NCBI GenBank assembly: GCA_002269645.1 | Contig: NIVC01000585.1 | Span: forward strand, 63,131-127,130 | Source: Macrostomum lignano | Lineage: Eukaryota | Direction: 5' to 3' | DNA: 64,000 nucleotides | In this document: positions 33,520-45,914 of the stretch, piece by piece | Numbering within the stretch: the stretch's first letter is position 1 | How the letters are laid out: the number at the start of each line of letters is the position of its first letter | The notes under the pieces: model-generated | What the model saw: only the letters and a program-made list of their open reading frames with translations | Told to the model about the DNA's origin: nothing | The model's database searches: none | Translations under genes and position numbers: made by a program

Positions 33520-33826
33520 CAAACAGCGCTGCAAGCGGTTCCACAACCAGCGCCACAAATAGCGCCACAACCAGCGCCACAAACAGCGCCACAAACGGCG
33601 CCACAACCAGCGCTACAAACAGCGCTACAAACAGCGCCACAAACAGCACCGCAAACAGCGCCACAAACAGTAAAACAAACAACAAAACAAACCGCGCCAC
33701 AAACGACGCCACAAACAGCAAAACAAACAGCGCCACAAACAGAGCCACAAACAGCGCTATAAACAGCGCCACAAACAGCGCCACAAACAGAGCCACAAAC
33801 AGCGTCACAAACGGCGCCACAAACAG
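33520..33826. repeat. 12-bp minisatellite (AGCGCCACAAAC)
   Basis: Tandem periodicity just upstream of Gfi1. Confidence 0.9.
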
Positions 33827-34109
33827 ATTAGCAATCAAGAATTTCAATTTTCTTCATTTCATTTCTTTAATCTTCACGAAGTGAGGCAGTTGCACAACGG
33901 TTTTTAAATGCCAGACACGCCTTGCTCACTACTGCCAGTAGTCCAAAAAGTGATGCAAACTTTTAGGTTGGTCGCTACAGGAAGCAAGAAACGAAGTTAA
34001 AGTTCAATTATATTTAACACTAATATTTGATATCAAAAGCAGCATTAACATCATGCACATCCCAGCTTAACTTTATATCTGTGGTATCTAACACTGAAGT
34101 TCATGAAAC

Positions 34110-34400
34110 TAATACTGCAAATCTGACATCTGATATCTAACACCTGATATCTAACACCTGATATCTAACATCTGATATCTAACACCTGGTATCTAACATC
34201 TGATATCTAACATTTGATATCTAACACCTGGTATTAACACCTGATATCTAACACCTGGTATCTAACACCTGATATCTAACATTTGATATCTAACACCTGG
34301 TATTAACACCTGATATCTAACACCTGGTATCTAACACCTGATATCTAACACCTGATATCTAATATCTGATATCTAACACCTGATATTTAACATCTGATAT
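34110..34400. repeat. 14-bp minisatellite (ACACCTGATATCTA)
   Basis: Tandem periodicity. Confidence 0.92.
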
Positions 34401-34537
34401 CTGTCAGATTGTAAATTGTAAATTGAAACATATGAAAAAAGTCTAACATTGTTGTCAAGCATCCAAATATAACATGTGATATCTAACACTTGATTTCCAA
34501 CATCTCTAACACCCGGTGCTCATCAGCTAGGGAATAT

Positions 34538-37500
34538 CTAACGGAAGAAGCCGGTCTCTTCCAGCAGGTCCTGCAGCATTCGGTAGTACGGGTGGTACGG
34601 GTTGTTCCACGTGAACGGGTTCGAAGTGGTCATGGTGTCGGACTTTCTGCCATAGACGGTGCCGCTCTCGTACGCGTACATCGTGTTCAGACTGTAGCTG
34701 ATGAAATGCAGCCGGCAGAAGGAATTCTGCGAGAATTCGAAAGCTTTGCATTCCCTGGAAACGGCGCAGACAAACTGGCAGTTTTGCATGTCCACCGCGA
34801 GGCCGTAGGACCTGCCGAAGTCGGGATAGTGAATGACCTCACCAGTGTCGTCCACTCTGAAGTACACCGCACGCTTGCAGCTCGAGTCTTTGATTGGGCC
34901 CAGGGCTGCGGAGTGCGCGAGATAGGATGCTGTCACTCCCGCAACTCCAGACTGTCACTCCCGCAACTCCAGACTGTCACTCCCGCAACTCCAGACTGTC
35001 ACTCCCGCAACTCCAGTCTGTCACTCCCGCAACTCCAGACTGTCACTCCCGCAACTTCAGACTGTCAAAACTTGAGACTGTCAACCAACACGGGAAATAG
35101 GGTGTCACTCCGAATCAGAGGTACAGGGAGGTGTCACTCCGAATCAGAGGTACAGGGAGGTGTCACTCCGAATCAGAGGTACAGGGAGGTGTCACTCCGA
35201 ATCAGAGGTACAGTGAGGTGTCACTCCGAATCAGAGGTACAGTGAGGTGTCACTCCGAATCAGAGGTACAGTGAGGTGTCACTCCGAATCAGAGGTACAG
35301 GGAGGTGTCACTCCGAATCAGAGGTACAGGGAGGTGTCACTCCGAATCAGAGGTACAGGGAGGTGTCACTCCGAATCAGAGGTACAGGGAGTTGTCACTC
35401 CGAATCAGAGGTACAGGGAGGTGTCACTCCGAATCAGAGGTACAGGGAGTTGTCACTCCGAATCAGAGGTACAGGGAGGTGTCACTCCGAATCAGAGGTA
35501 CAGGGAGGTGTCACTCCGAATCAGAGGTACAGGGAGGTGTCACTCCGAATCAGAGGTACAGGGAGGTGTCACTCCGAATCAGAGGTACAGGGAGGTGTCA
35601 CTCCGTCTCGAACCTTCTTTCCACTCGTAGCAGCTTTGCCCTCGCGGATGCTCCTGAGAGATGGTGAGCTTGAGCTTGCTTGGTACTCCCACTATGGTGG
35701 TGTCCTTCATGATCTCCCAGTCGCCGCAGGCTTCCACGTCCCAATCCTCCTGCAGGAAGCGCTCGTCCGGGTGCACAGAGTCGTGCGTGGTGAGCGGCAG
35801 AGTGAATTGCGGGTGCGTCTGCGTGAACACCGGCGGCTCCTGCGGCTGGCCCTGTGGCAGGGTGGGGGAGAGAGGGCGATAGTAGGGAGTGACGGTCACT
35901 GCGGGTGAAATTTCGGACTGACAGTTGCCGAGTGACATTTATGGAGTGAAAATTCTATAACTTGTGGAGTGATGGCACTCTGCTCACACTTCCGTCAAAG
36001 CTGTACAAATCCTCCCAGTAGTCGGCGTTCTCTGGGCCCATGGGAGGGTGGTGCATGGTCAGGCAGTTCATCATGTCCAGCGGGGTTTCGAATACTTGCA
36101 GATTCGTCACTAAGATGCGGCTAATTTCGGGGAACTTTAGCCAGTCGAAGCCCATCATGTACTTCATCTCCAGCAAATCAGAGTTGACCTTCATTCGGAT
36201 CATCACCCAGCGAGTGCGCTGGTGGGGACTGCACTCGGAATAGATGTACAACTGCGGGAGGAGGCGGCGCGGGGCCCTCGGTCACTCATGAACTCACTCA
36301 TGAACTCACTCATGATCTCACTCATGAACTCACTCATGAACTCACTCATGAAATCACTCACGATCTCACTCATGATCTCACTCATGAACTCACTCATGAA
36401 CTCACTCATGATCTCACTCATGAACTCACTCATGATCTCACTCATGAACTCACTCATGAACTCACTCATGATCTCACTCATGATCTCACTCATGAACTCA
36501 CTCATGATCTCACTCATGATCTCACTCATGATCTCACTCATGATCTCACTCATGATCTCACTCATGAACTCACTCATGAACTCACTCATGAACTCACTCA
36601 TGAACTCACTCATGAACTCACTCATGATCTCACTCATGATCTCACTCATGATCTCACTCATGAACTCACTTATAAACCCTCACTCATGAACTCACTTATA
36701 AACCCTCACTCATGAACTCACTCATGAACTCACTCATGACCTCACTCATGAACTCACTCATGACCTCACTCGTGAACTCACTCATGAATTCACTCATAAA
36801 CCCTCACTCTACTCAAGAACTCACTCATGAACTCACTCTTAAACCCCCACTCATGAACTCACTCAAGAACTCACTCAAGAGCTCACTCACGAAATCACTC
36901 ATGAACTCACTCATGAACTCACTCATGACCTCACTCATGAACTCACTCATGACCTCACTCATGAACTCACTCATGAATTCACTCATAAACCCTCACTCTA
37001 CTCAAGAACTCACTCATGAACTCACTCTTAAACCCCCACTCATGAACTCACTCAAGAACTCACTCAAGAGCTCACTCACGAAATCACTCATGAACTCACT
37101 CATGAAGTCACTCATGACCTCACTCATTAACTCACTCATGAATTCACTCATGAACCCTCACTCATGAACTGACTCAGGAACTCACTCATGAACCCTCACT
37201 CATGAACTCACTCATGAACTCACTCATAACCTCACTCATTAACTCACTCATGAATTCACTCATAAACCCTCACTCATGAACTGACTCAGGAACTCACTCA
37301 TGATCTCACTCATAAACCCTCACTCCGCTCAAGAACTCACTCATGAACTCACTCAAGAACTCACTCATGAAGTCACTCATGAACTCACTCATGAACTCAC
37401 TCATGAAGTCACTCCTGAACTCACTCATGAAGTCACTCATGAAGTCACTCATGAAGTCACTCATGAAGTCACTCATGAAGTCACTCATGAACTCACTCAT

Positions 37501-40500
37501 GAACTCACTCATGAACTCACTCATTAACCCTCACTCATGAACTCACTCATTAACTCACTTATGAATTCACTCATGAACTCACTCATGAGCTCACTCATGA
37601 ACTCACTCATGAACCCTCACTCATGAACCCTCACTCATGAGCTCACTCATGAGCTCACTCATGAACTCACTCATTAACCCTCACTCATGAACTCACTCAT
37701 AAACTCACTCATGAATTCACTCATGAACTCACTCATGAACTCACTCATGAACTCACTCATGAACTCACTCATGAACTCACTCATGAGCTCTCTCATGAAG
37801 TCACTTAAGAAGTCACTCACGAATCCTCACTCACTAATCCAAGCCCCTGTGATATCTCACCACACCGTGATGAAATTTGAGATCCTCGCAGCGCCACCAG
37901 AGCATTTTTTCGGCCATGGTGGCCCTCCTGAAGTATTCGGTTCGCCGTCCCTTCTCGCCGTCGCTGCTGCGGAAGTCGGTCTCCACCAGCCAGTGTGGCA
38001 GCGGAGCGCCGCGAACGAAAACCTCCAAGAAGCGCATGGCGCTCAAATCCATTCGATTGATGAAGAGCTTGAGCAGGGAGATGTGCTTGTGGCTGCCAAT
38101 GTCGAAGATAATCCACTGAAAATCCTCGTCAACAACGTTATTGAAGTAGGAATTCGGGTCAAGCAATGATTCGGCCTCGAAGGGGGGGCAATACGTAAAA
38201 GCGGTAGTTTGATGAGTGCACAGCGTGTTGAGAAACCTGGAGTGCGAATTCCTGCTGGACATCAGCACTTTGCTGGTGACCTGGTTTATTGACGCCACTT
38301 GCCTGCCAGTGGTTGAGTGAGCAATTGGTTGCTGCCTGGTTAGCTGCTCACAGGTTGAAAATTTATCACTCCAACCTAGCAAATGCGGTGCGCCCTGGAT
38401 TCCCCTGTCTCAAGGTCGTGCATTTATTGGATTCCTCATATTTTTCAAGGTCGAACGTTCTGTCGGATTCCCCATATTTCTCAAGTTCAAACATTTTGTT
38501 GGATTACCCATATTTCTCAAGGTCAAACATTTTGTTGGATTCCCCATATTTCTCAAGGTCAAACATTTTGTTGGATTCCCCATATTTCTCAAGGTCAAAC
38601 ATTTTGTTGGATTCCCCATATTTCTCAAGGTCAAACATTTTGTTGGATTTCCCATATTTTCAAGGTCGAACATTTTGTTGGATTTCCCATATTTTCAAGG
38701 TCGAACATTCTGTTGGATTCCCCATATTTCTCAAGGTCGAACATTCTGTTGGATTCCCCATATTTCTCAAGTCGAACATTCTGTTGGATTCCCCATATTT
38801 TTCAAGGTCAAAAATTCTGTTGGATTCCCCATATTTCTCAAGGTCGAAAATTCTGTTGGATTCCCCATATTTTTCAAGGTCAAAAATTTTGTCGGATTCC
38901 CCATATTTCCCAAGGTCAAACCTTCTGTCGGATTAACTTCTGTCCAACTCTGGATTCGCTCCTGTCTCAAGGTCGTGCATTCTATATTCCCCTCCATCTT
39001 ACCGAAAGTTTCCCATCGCGCCAAAGATTGTCATGGTGTCGAGCTGTTCCCAGTGGATCATTCTGTTGGCTTCATAGCAGTTCTTGGGCAATGCGATCTC
39101 GAAGACGGTGGTAAATAGTTCTGGCGCGCCATCTATGTTCACGAGAGGGCAGCGAAACATGGTGTCGAACAAAAGGCACGGCTCCCATTTAAGGTATCGA
39201 AATGGGCCATCCGATTGATGATACTTGAAGTATATATTGTAATACAGGTAGACCCTGTGATCGAACATTACCGGCAAGTTGTCGATGTAGCGGCCCTTGA
39301 AGTCGGCGGCTGGGTCCGGAATCTCCGACTCGTTGAAGCACTGACAGGCCCGCAGGTTGCGAGTGGAAGTGTGCCTGCGTAAATTCATCACTGCGGTGGG
39401 AGTGGCGGAGTGTGCCTGCGTAAATTCATCACTGCGGTGGGAGTGCGGAGTGTGCCTGCGTAAACTCATCACTGCGGTGGGAGTGGCGGAGTGTGCCTGC
39501 GTAAATTCATCACTGCGGTGGGAGTGGCGGAGTGTGCCTGCGTAAATTCATCACTGCGGTGGGAGTGGCGGAGTGTGCCTGCGTAAATTCATCACTGTGG
39601 TGGGAGTGCGGAGTGTGCCTGCGTAAATTCATCACTGTGGTGGGAGTGCGGAGTGTGCCTGCGTAAATTCATCACTGTGGTGGGAGTGCGGAGTGTGCCT
39701 GCGTAAATTCATCACTGTGGTGGGAGTGCGGAGTGTGCCTGCGTAAATTCATCACTGTGGTGGGAGTGCGGAGCGGATGACTGGTCAACACATTGAAGAG
39801 ACGGCAGCTGCATAAGACAGACGCTGCCTTCCTTTCTGGAAGCTTGCCAGCTGAGCTTACTGCTCAAGTCAATAACCTCTCTCATCTTAAAACAGCATCT
39901 GAGCGACATCTAAAAAGCAGCTAAGCGACGTCTATGTGACATTGAGACAATATCTAAACAGCATCTGAGCGACATCTAAACAGCAGCTAAGCGACGTCTA
40001 TGTGACATCGAAACAATATCTAAACAGCATCTGAGCGACATCTAAACAGCAGCTAAGCTACGTCTATGTGACATCGAAACAATATCTAAACAGCATCTGA
40101 GCGACATCTAAACAGCAGCTAAGCTACGTCTATGTGACATCGAAACAATATCTAAACAGCATCTGAGCAGACTCACGGGCAAACTTTTCACAGCGGAATC
40201 GGCAGGTCTCAAAGCAGGCCTCGGCATTCATGTCGCCAGAAGGATCCGGGTTAATGGTGTTGGTGGGCGAGTGAGTCGTGGACTTGGTCATCCCTCTGAA
40301 CCGGATGTGGTTAAATCTGTTCGGGTCAAAGACCACGATGCCGTGGTAGTGCGAAGAGCCGCAGCGTTTGATCTCGCAATAGTCCCACAGCATACGCATT
40401 TCATAAGAAATTTTGTTCACAAAGCACCACGGCTTCAGGCGGGAGTTAGCGAACATTGTGTGCTCCAGCTCTGACAGCGGGTTTCTACAATAATTCCGCG

Positions 40501-41373
40501 GATTGGTGGCCAGAAAAAGCCTTAACTTAGACTTGGTCAGCCCCATGCTGACCAGCTCAGTCTGGAACGAGGACCAATGCAGGCACGGCTTGCCACTCCG
40601 GACGTGGTGAACAGTGCCCGTGTACATTGCCCCAGTGTGGAAGAAGCAGTCCGAATCCTGGCTTGGCAACGGGATTTGGGTGATATGGATTAGCATTCCT
40701 CTAATGAGTCTTCCTATAGGCTAGATTAGCAATCCCATAGGCTAGATTAGCAATCCCATAGGCTAGATTAGCAATCCCATAGGCTAGATTAGCAATCCCA
40801 CAGGCTAGATTAGCAATCCCATAGGCTAGATTAGCAATCCCATAGGCTAGATTAGCAGTCCATGGATGAGCTCACATCCATCCGCATGCAGGCCAGTAGC
40901 GAGTTGGTCAGGGATCCTGGCCGACTGAAAGGCCGATTGAGGCGCCACAGCTTGGCATCGTTCCAGACGGCGGGCTTCAGCGCCTCCAGTCGTGTCAAGG
41001 TGGCATTGAGAAGCGTGGCCACCGAGCTGGTGTTCCAGGGCGGCATGCACCAAGTCTTGTGACTGTACAGCGGCTTCGGTGGCGGGCAGTTGCACTGACG
41101 TCTTCGCCATCGAATGTTGAGGCCCTTCTGGCAGGTGGTGACTCCGTGGCCAGTGTCCACGGGCTCCCAGTGGCACCAATCGCCCAGCACCACACTGGCC
41201 ATACATTCGTTGTCATTCAGACGAAGCTCATATTTCGACGGTCGAGCGTAGAGGGCGCTTCGATACAGTGTTGCATTTTTGTTCAAGCAGCGATACGCCC
41301 CGAAGGCTTGGTGAGGCCAACAGACAGCCACGAGCAGAATTAGCAGAGTCATTGAATGCAGGCGAAGATTCAT
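34538..41373 (-). CDS. Secreted multidomain protein (signal peptide, TSP1-like, kringle, WSC-like, discoidin-like, PAN/apple); exons about 41373-40876, 40657-40177, ~39373-39003, 38302-37861, 36251-35988, 35917-35614, 34905-34538
   Basis: Hydrophobic leader; WCHWEP..CQKG..RRRQCNCPPP (TSR-like); DCF..TG..Y.G..SGKPCLHW..NYCRNP..KPWCF..WDYCEIKRC (kringle); QWIIFDIG (F5/8C-like); CQFVCAVSRECKAFEFSQNSFCRLH (PAN). Phases match at all junctions except between 40177 and about 39373, which is unresolved. Confidence 0.75.
34930..35606. repeat. Compound intronic minisatellite: 22-bp TGTCACTCCCGCAACTCCAGAC (34930-35075) then 29-bp TGTCACTCCGAATCAGAGGTACAGGGAGG (35100-35606)
   Basis: Tandem periodicity filling intron 34906-35613. 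Confidence 0.95.
36283..37835. repeat. 12-bp intronic minisatellite (TCACTCATGAAC)
   Basis: Fills intron 36252-37860. Confidence 0.96.
38395..38990. repeat. 36-bp intronic minisatellite (TCCCCATATTTCTCAAGGTCAAACATTTTGTTGGAT)
   Basis: Period 36 within intron 38303-39002. Confidence 0.93.
39362..39775. repeat. 40-41-bp minisatellite (GAGTGTGCCTGCGTAAATTCATCACTGCGGTGGGAGTGGCG)
   Basis: About 10 units. Confidence 0.95.
39890..40168. repeat. 66-bp tandem repeat, about 4 units, adjoining a splice donor
   Basis: GAGCGACATCTAAA recurs at 39901, 39967 and 40033. Confidence 0.9.
40718..40860. repeat. 21-bp intronic minisatellite (ATAGGCTAGATTAGCAATCCC)
   Basis: About 6-7 units in the first intron. 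Confidence 0.93.
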
Positions 41374-42602
41374 TCTTATTTTTTGAAATTATTTAACGTA
41401 GCTTAGCAAGATAGCAGTTGACATTCAGGGTGGCATTTGGCTCGCACTCTTCAAGTCGTCTGTCTCCCTGTGCTGATAGCCCGCCAATCTCTTTTGTCTA
41501 TGGCCCGAGGCGTGTGAAAACGAAGTTTGAAAAACAAGATAAGATAGCCAAAGATAGCCCCGGGCCCTCAAATATTGTCTATGGCCACAAGACTGCGAGC
41601 GCTTTGATTCAGTATACAGTCAACACGGCAACACTAAGCAACATTGAAAAGTGAATACCCAAGTAGCAGGGGGTCTGTGGGCTGACTCCTGGGCCAAGTT
41701 GGTGGTTAAGCCAACTAAGTTGAGAATTCTCATTTGGCAGCAGTACGCGATTTGGTATTAAATTTGGTAGATTTGGTAATCTCGTGTCGTAGATTTGGTT
41801 TTGCCAACAAGACATAGACACAGACGAAAAGGACAAGAAAGTTACTCGTAGTATTTCGGCCATACACTGCTATTGATTTTTTGAGCTCATTGAAATCTCT
41901 GAAATCGCTCAGGCGAATGATGCAATGACGACGTAACGTGAGGAGCAATGGCAATGAGCACAGTGAAGGCAGTGAGACGCAGTGGCGAGATTGGCGTCAG
42001 CCGTGGCGTGAGACAGTCAAGTAAGCGTGTGAGTAGGCTGGCCCAGACAGAGGGGCCGTGGCGAGAAATAAGGAGGCTCGAGGCAGCCAGACAAGAACGC
42101 AAAAACACACACAAGGCCAAGGACAGACCGGGAGTAACAGACAAGCACAGAAAGGGACAGATAAGTGAGGAGTGCCCGCCGCCAGGCGGGGGGTTAATAA
42201 AGGAGCGCAGAGGGGGTAGCGCGAAGCACGAGCGGTTTTCATTGGCTGGCGAGAGAACTTAAAATTATCGATCGTGCCAATTTTATACGGTCGCGAGAGA
42301 GGGTAGTGTTCTGTTGTGGAATTAACGAACGCAGAAACAAGATAGATAATTATCCGGGCGCTCAGTGGCACCAAAAGAAGGGCTTGGCCAATAGGAGGGC
42401 GGCTCGTATATTTATGCACGCGGGGAAGGAAAGTTCTAGAAAGACCGGGGAAGGAAACTTCTGGAACTATGCGTAAACAAGTCCGCGGTGGAAGTTTCTA
42501 GAAACGCTGCCCCGAGCTACCCCTACGCCTCGCATGCCTTTGCAATACACAACATTCTTCCCCTCCTTCAAGGAGTCCAACAGTCCCCAAGCTTCACTTT
42601 AA

Positions 42603-43325
42603 TCAGTCCCAGCGGCAGTTCATGAAGCGTATCGGCGGGTGCCTGGCTCGCTCAGATCGGCGGGGCGCTGCTGTTCTTGCCGGAGGCTCCGCCGCCGGTG
42701 CCGCCGGTGCCGCCGTGCCGGCTCCGGTCGTTGGCGCCGAGTCCACCAGTGGGTCGAACCGCTCTCTCGGCTGCGCCGGGTGCGGCGTTCGGATCAGCCG
42801 CTGCTGGTTCCATCTGGTGCCGTCGCTGAGCTCGACCGCGTGGTGTCCCGCCTGACGGAGCACTTGTAGTGGCCGTGAGAGGCGGGTACCCAGCTTGCCC
42901 TTCTTGGTGGGCCGTCGGATTCTCACCCAATCGCCGGGGTTGAACGTCTCGGGGCGGGCCCTTCGTCTGGCATCGGTGTAGGCCTTGATCCGCTGCTGCC
43001 GCGCCTCGATTTGCTGCCGCAGTGCCTGAGGCGTCGCCTCGGTCGTTGTCATTCCCCCTCCGGGAGACAGCATGGTGATCGCGGTGCGCCACTTCCGACC
43101 CAGCATGAGCTCGGCCGGTGACTTGCCCGTCAGGCTGTGCTTGGAGCTCCGGTAGGCAGACAAGAAGTTGGTCACGGCGTCTTGAAACGGCCTGTTCTCC
43201 ACCATGGCCGCTCTGATGCTGGCGAGTAGCGACCGATTGAGACGCTCCGTCTGGCCGTTGGTTTGCGGATGGTAGAGGCTGGTCTTGACGTGCCGGATGC
43301 CCTGCTCGGCCAGGAAGTCCGAGAA
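42603..43325 (-). pseudogene. C-terminal half of retroviral integrase
   Basis: EFSDFLAEQGIRHVKTSLYHPQTNGQTERLNRSL..LSAYRSSKHSLTGKSPAELMLGR..GDWVRIRR. The HHCC domain and first two catalytic Asp residues are missing. Confidence 0.9.
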
Positions 43326-44727
43326 CTCGCTCGATGATGCCGTCCTTCTCTATCTTGTCGAGTTCGGCACCAACCTGCTCCTGTCGCATGAGGGGCAGGC
43401 GACAGAGTGGCTGCTGGACGGGTCGCACTGCTGGGTCGACCTTGGGCTGGTGTACAGCGCCGGCGCAGCATCCTATCGCACCTCTGAAGGTCGTTGGGTA
43501 CCGCGCCTGCAAGTCCGCCGTCAAGTCGCTGACCTCCGCGATTCCGGGCGGCTGCCCGCTAAGGTCGACTCGGAAGCCCAGCTTCTCCATCAGGTCTCTA
43601 CCGACGATGTTGTCGCCGCCTGGCGCAACGAAGAACCGGTGCTGCATCGCCTTGTCGCCGTAGCGCACCTCCAGCTCGGTGACACCACTTAGCTGGATCG
43701 GCAGTCCACCGTAGGCACGCAGCTTCGTCGTGGTGGGAGAGGTGACTGCACCTGAGATCCGGTCGGCGGTCTGTCGGGACAGCAGCGACACCCTTGCGCC
43801 GCAGTCCACCATCAGGCTGACAGCGGTCCTGTCCGGTCCGAGTTCCAGCGTCGCCCGGACCTCCCTGTCGCCACCTGCCACTGCGTAGACTGTGATCACC
43901 TCGTCCGCGGCATTGACAGCAGCCTGCTGGCTGCGACAGCAACTCCGGAAGTGGTTCTTCTTGCCACAGGCGTCGCATGTCTTGCCCTTGGCCGGACAGG
44001 GGGTCGTCGGTCCGTGGTCTCGCCCACAGCGTGTGCAGGCGCCGCCGGGTTTGGCCGTCCTGCCAGCTGGTGCTGGGCGGTGCCTCCCCTTTGCAGCGAC
44101 CTTCTGGCCCCTCGGCTGTCGGATCGATTGGACGGCTGCCGTGCTCGAGATTGATGGCGCCATCGCCTTGGCTTCTTTGGAGGCTTCCTCGATGGAGACC
44201 GCGATGCTGAGCGCTTTCGCCAGGTTGAGGTCCTCCACCTTCTCCGTCAGCAGCCTCTCTCGGATTCTGGGGTTACTGGTCTTCTCAGCCAGCTGGTCTC
44301 TGATGAGATCGTCCTGTATCGCGCCGTAGTTGCACAGCTCCGTCAGCTCCCTCAGGGCTGCCACGAAGGTCTTGACGTCCTCGCCGGGTAGCTGCTGGCG
44401 CTGGCGGAAGCGATATCTGGCTACCATCACGTTGGGCTTCTCGCCGAAGATCTTCTCGAGCTCCGCCTTAGTTGCTGCGAACGTGTCGTTCTCCTTGATT
44501 GCTTGGCGTGCTCGAGCAACCCGCTGACCTTCGAATCCAAGCAGATGGAGCAGAAGGCTCTTCTTCAGCGGTTTCGCCTCTTCCTTCCCTTCGGGCTCCT
44601 TGAATTGGGCCGCCTCGTAATAAAATTCAAAGGCCTCAATCCATCGGCTCCATGGTACTGTCGGTGATCCGCAGTTCGCCAGGAAGGGCGTGGGTGCAGG
44701 GATGCTAGCCGCCATCCTCGTCGCCAA
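43325..44727 (-). CDS. gag-pol: Gag (two zinc knuckles), aspartic protease and RT N-terminal stub of the LTR element
   Basis: CTRCGRDH..CPAKGKTCDACGKKNHFRSCC, LMVDCGARVS and PVQQPLCRLP..ELDKIEKDGIIERV, followed by an abrupt junction. Confidence 0.9.
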
Positions 44728-45914
44728 TGTTCTGTTGTGGAATTAACGAACGCAGAAACAAGATAGATAATTATCCGGGCGCTCAGTGGCACCAAAAGAA
44801 GGGCTTGGCCAATAGGAGGGCGGCTCGTATATTTATGCACGCGGGGAAGGAAAGTTCTAGAAAGACCGGGGAAGGAAACTTCTGGAACTATGCGTAAACA
44901 AGTCCGCGGTGGAAGTTTCTAGAAACGCTGCCCCCGAGCTACCCCTACGCCTCGCATGCCTTTGCAATACACAACAGGTAGCAAAATATACAGTGAATTA
45001 GAAATTGCCACAAAATCGTTGGGCACTACTACAAGTAAACGTCGCAATAAACAAATGGAAAAGTTTAGTTGAAACGGTGAAACTGAAGGGTTGAAACTAT
45101 AGAGAAACAGCAGTCCAACGGCCCTTTTCGGGACCACCTTAAACTGGCAACGTCACACTATAGTCAACTGAACATCAATCTGTGTTCAGTTCAATGAAGG
45201 AGTTGCACTTTTGTAAACAAGCATTGAACGAACGTAGAGTACATAAGAAACAATTGCTGATTCTCAGTTGTGAGTAGCAGAGCAGAGTAGCTCTGTCTTA
45301 TTCTTTGTCTTACTCTGTCTTACTCTGACTTGCTGATTCAAAAGTAACCAACTCGCGAACTCTAATTCTGTTGATAGCCCGAGACCATTTGGTTAGACAG
45401 ATTGCTTGAGCTCAGCAGTCTCGGGAAGTCAGTAAGCAGATCATATGACTCAACTCGACCCATCAGCGAATATAAAACAGACTTGACCATAGACATTCCC
45501 TGCTCAAAACCCAGCCAGTCCCGAACATTGTCTCTGATTAAGTTAATGACACTCTTATCACTATAGAATTTGGCTAAGTAATCAATGTTGAAATTTGAGG
45601 GCGCAAAAGCATAATACTATAATGTTATACTGTAGTCCTAAATATCAAATTTCAGCTCTGCTTCCACCTGTGCCTTTTATTGGCTAAGCGGAGTCCGGGT
45701 GAGCAGTTCTTGCTGCCCTTTCTGATAGCTTTTGCCTATCCGTAAACAAAAATGACAAAATCAGGAAATCCGGGAAACAATCTGCTCGAATGCCAGCAAT
45801 TCTGCGCCGATAATTAAAAACATTTATTCCGGAGAAATAATTTCATTTTCAGTTTGTATTATTCACTGCTTTTCGCTCATCACAGCGTTGCTTTGTCCTC
45901 AAGTCAGCCTTGGG

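Larger units (their letters stand above)
42307..44976 (-). mobile_element. Internally deleted Ty3/Gypsy (Mag-like) LTR retrotransposon
   Basis: LTRs 42307-42554 and 44728-44976 with TG...CA termini and one 1-nt indel seen between them. 5-bp TSD GGTAG (42302-42306, 44977-44981). PBS-like TTGGCGACGAGGAT follows the 5' LTR and PPT GAAGGAGGGGAAGAA precedes the 3' LTR. Confidence 0.95.

Noticed and set aside
33267-33884. Thr/Asn/Ser-rich ORF as a mucin-like gene
   Set aside because: It derives from a 12-bp minisatellite in the Gfi1 upstream region, with no signal peptide or splice support.
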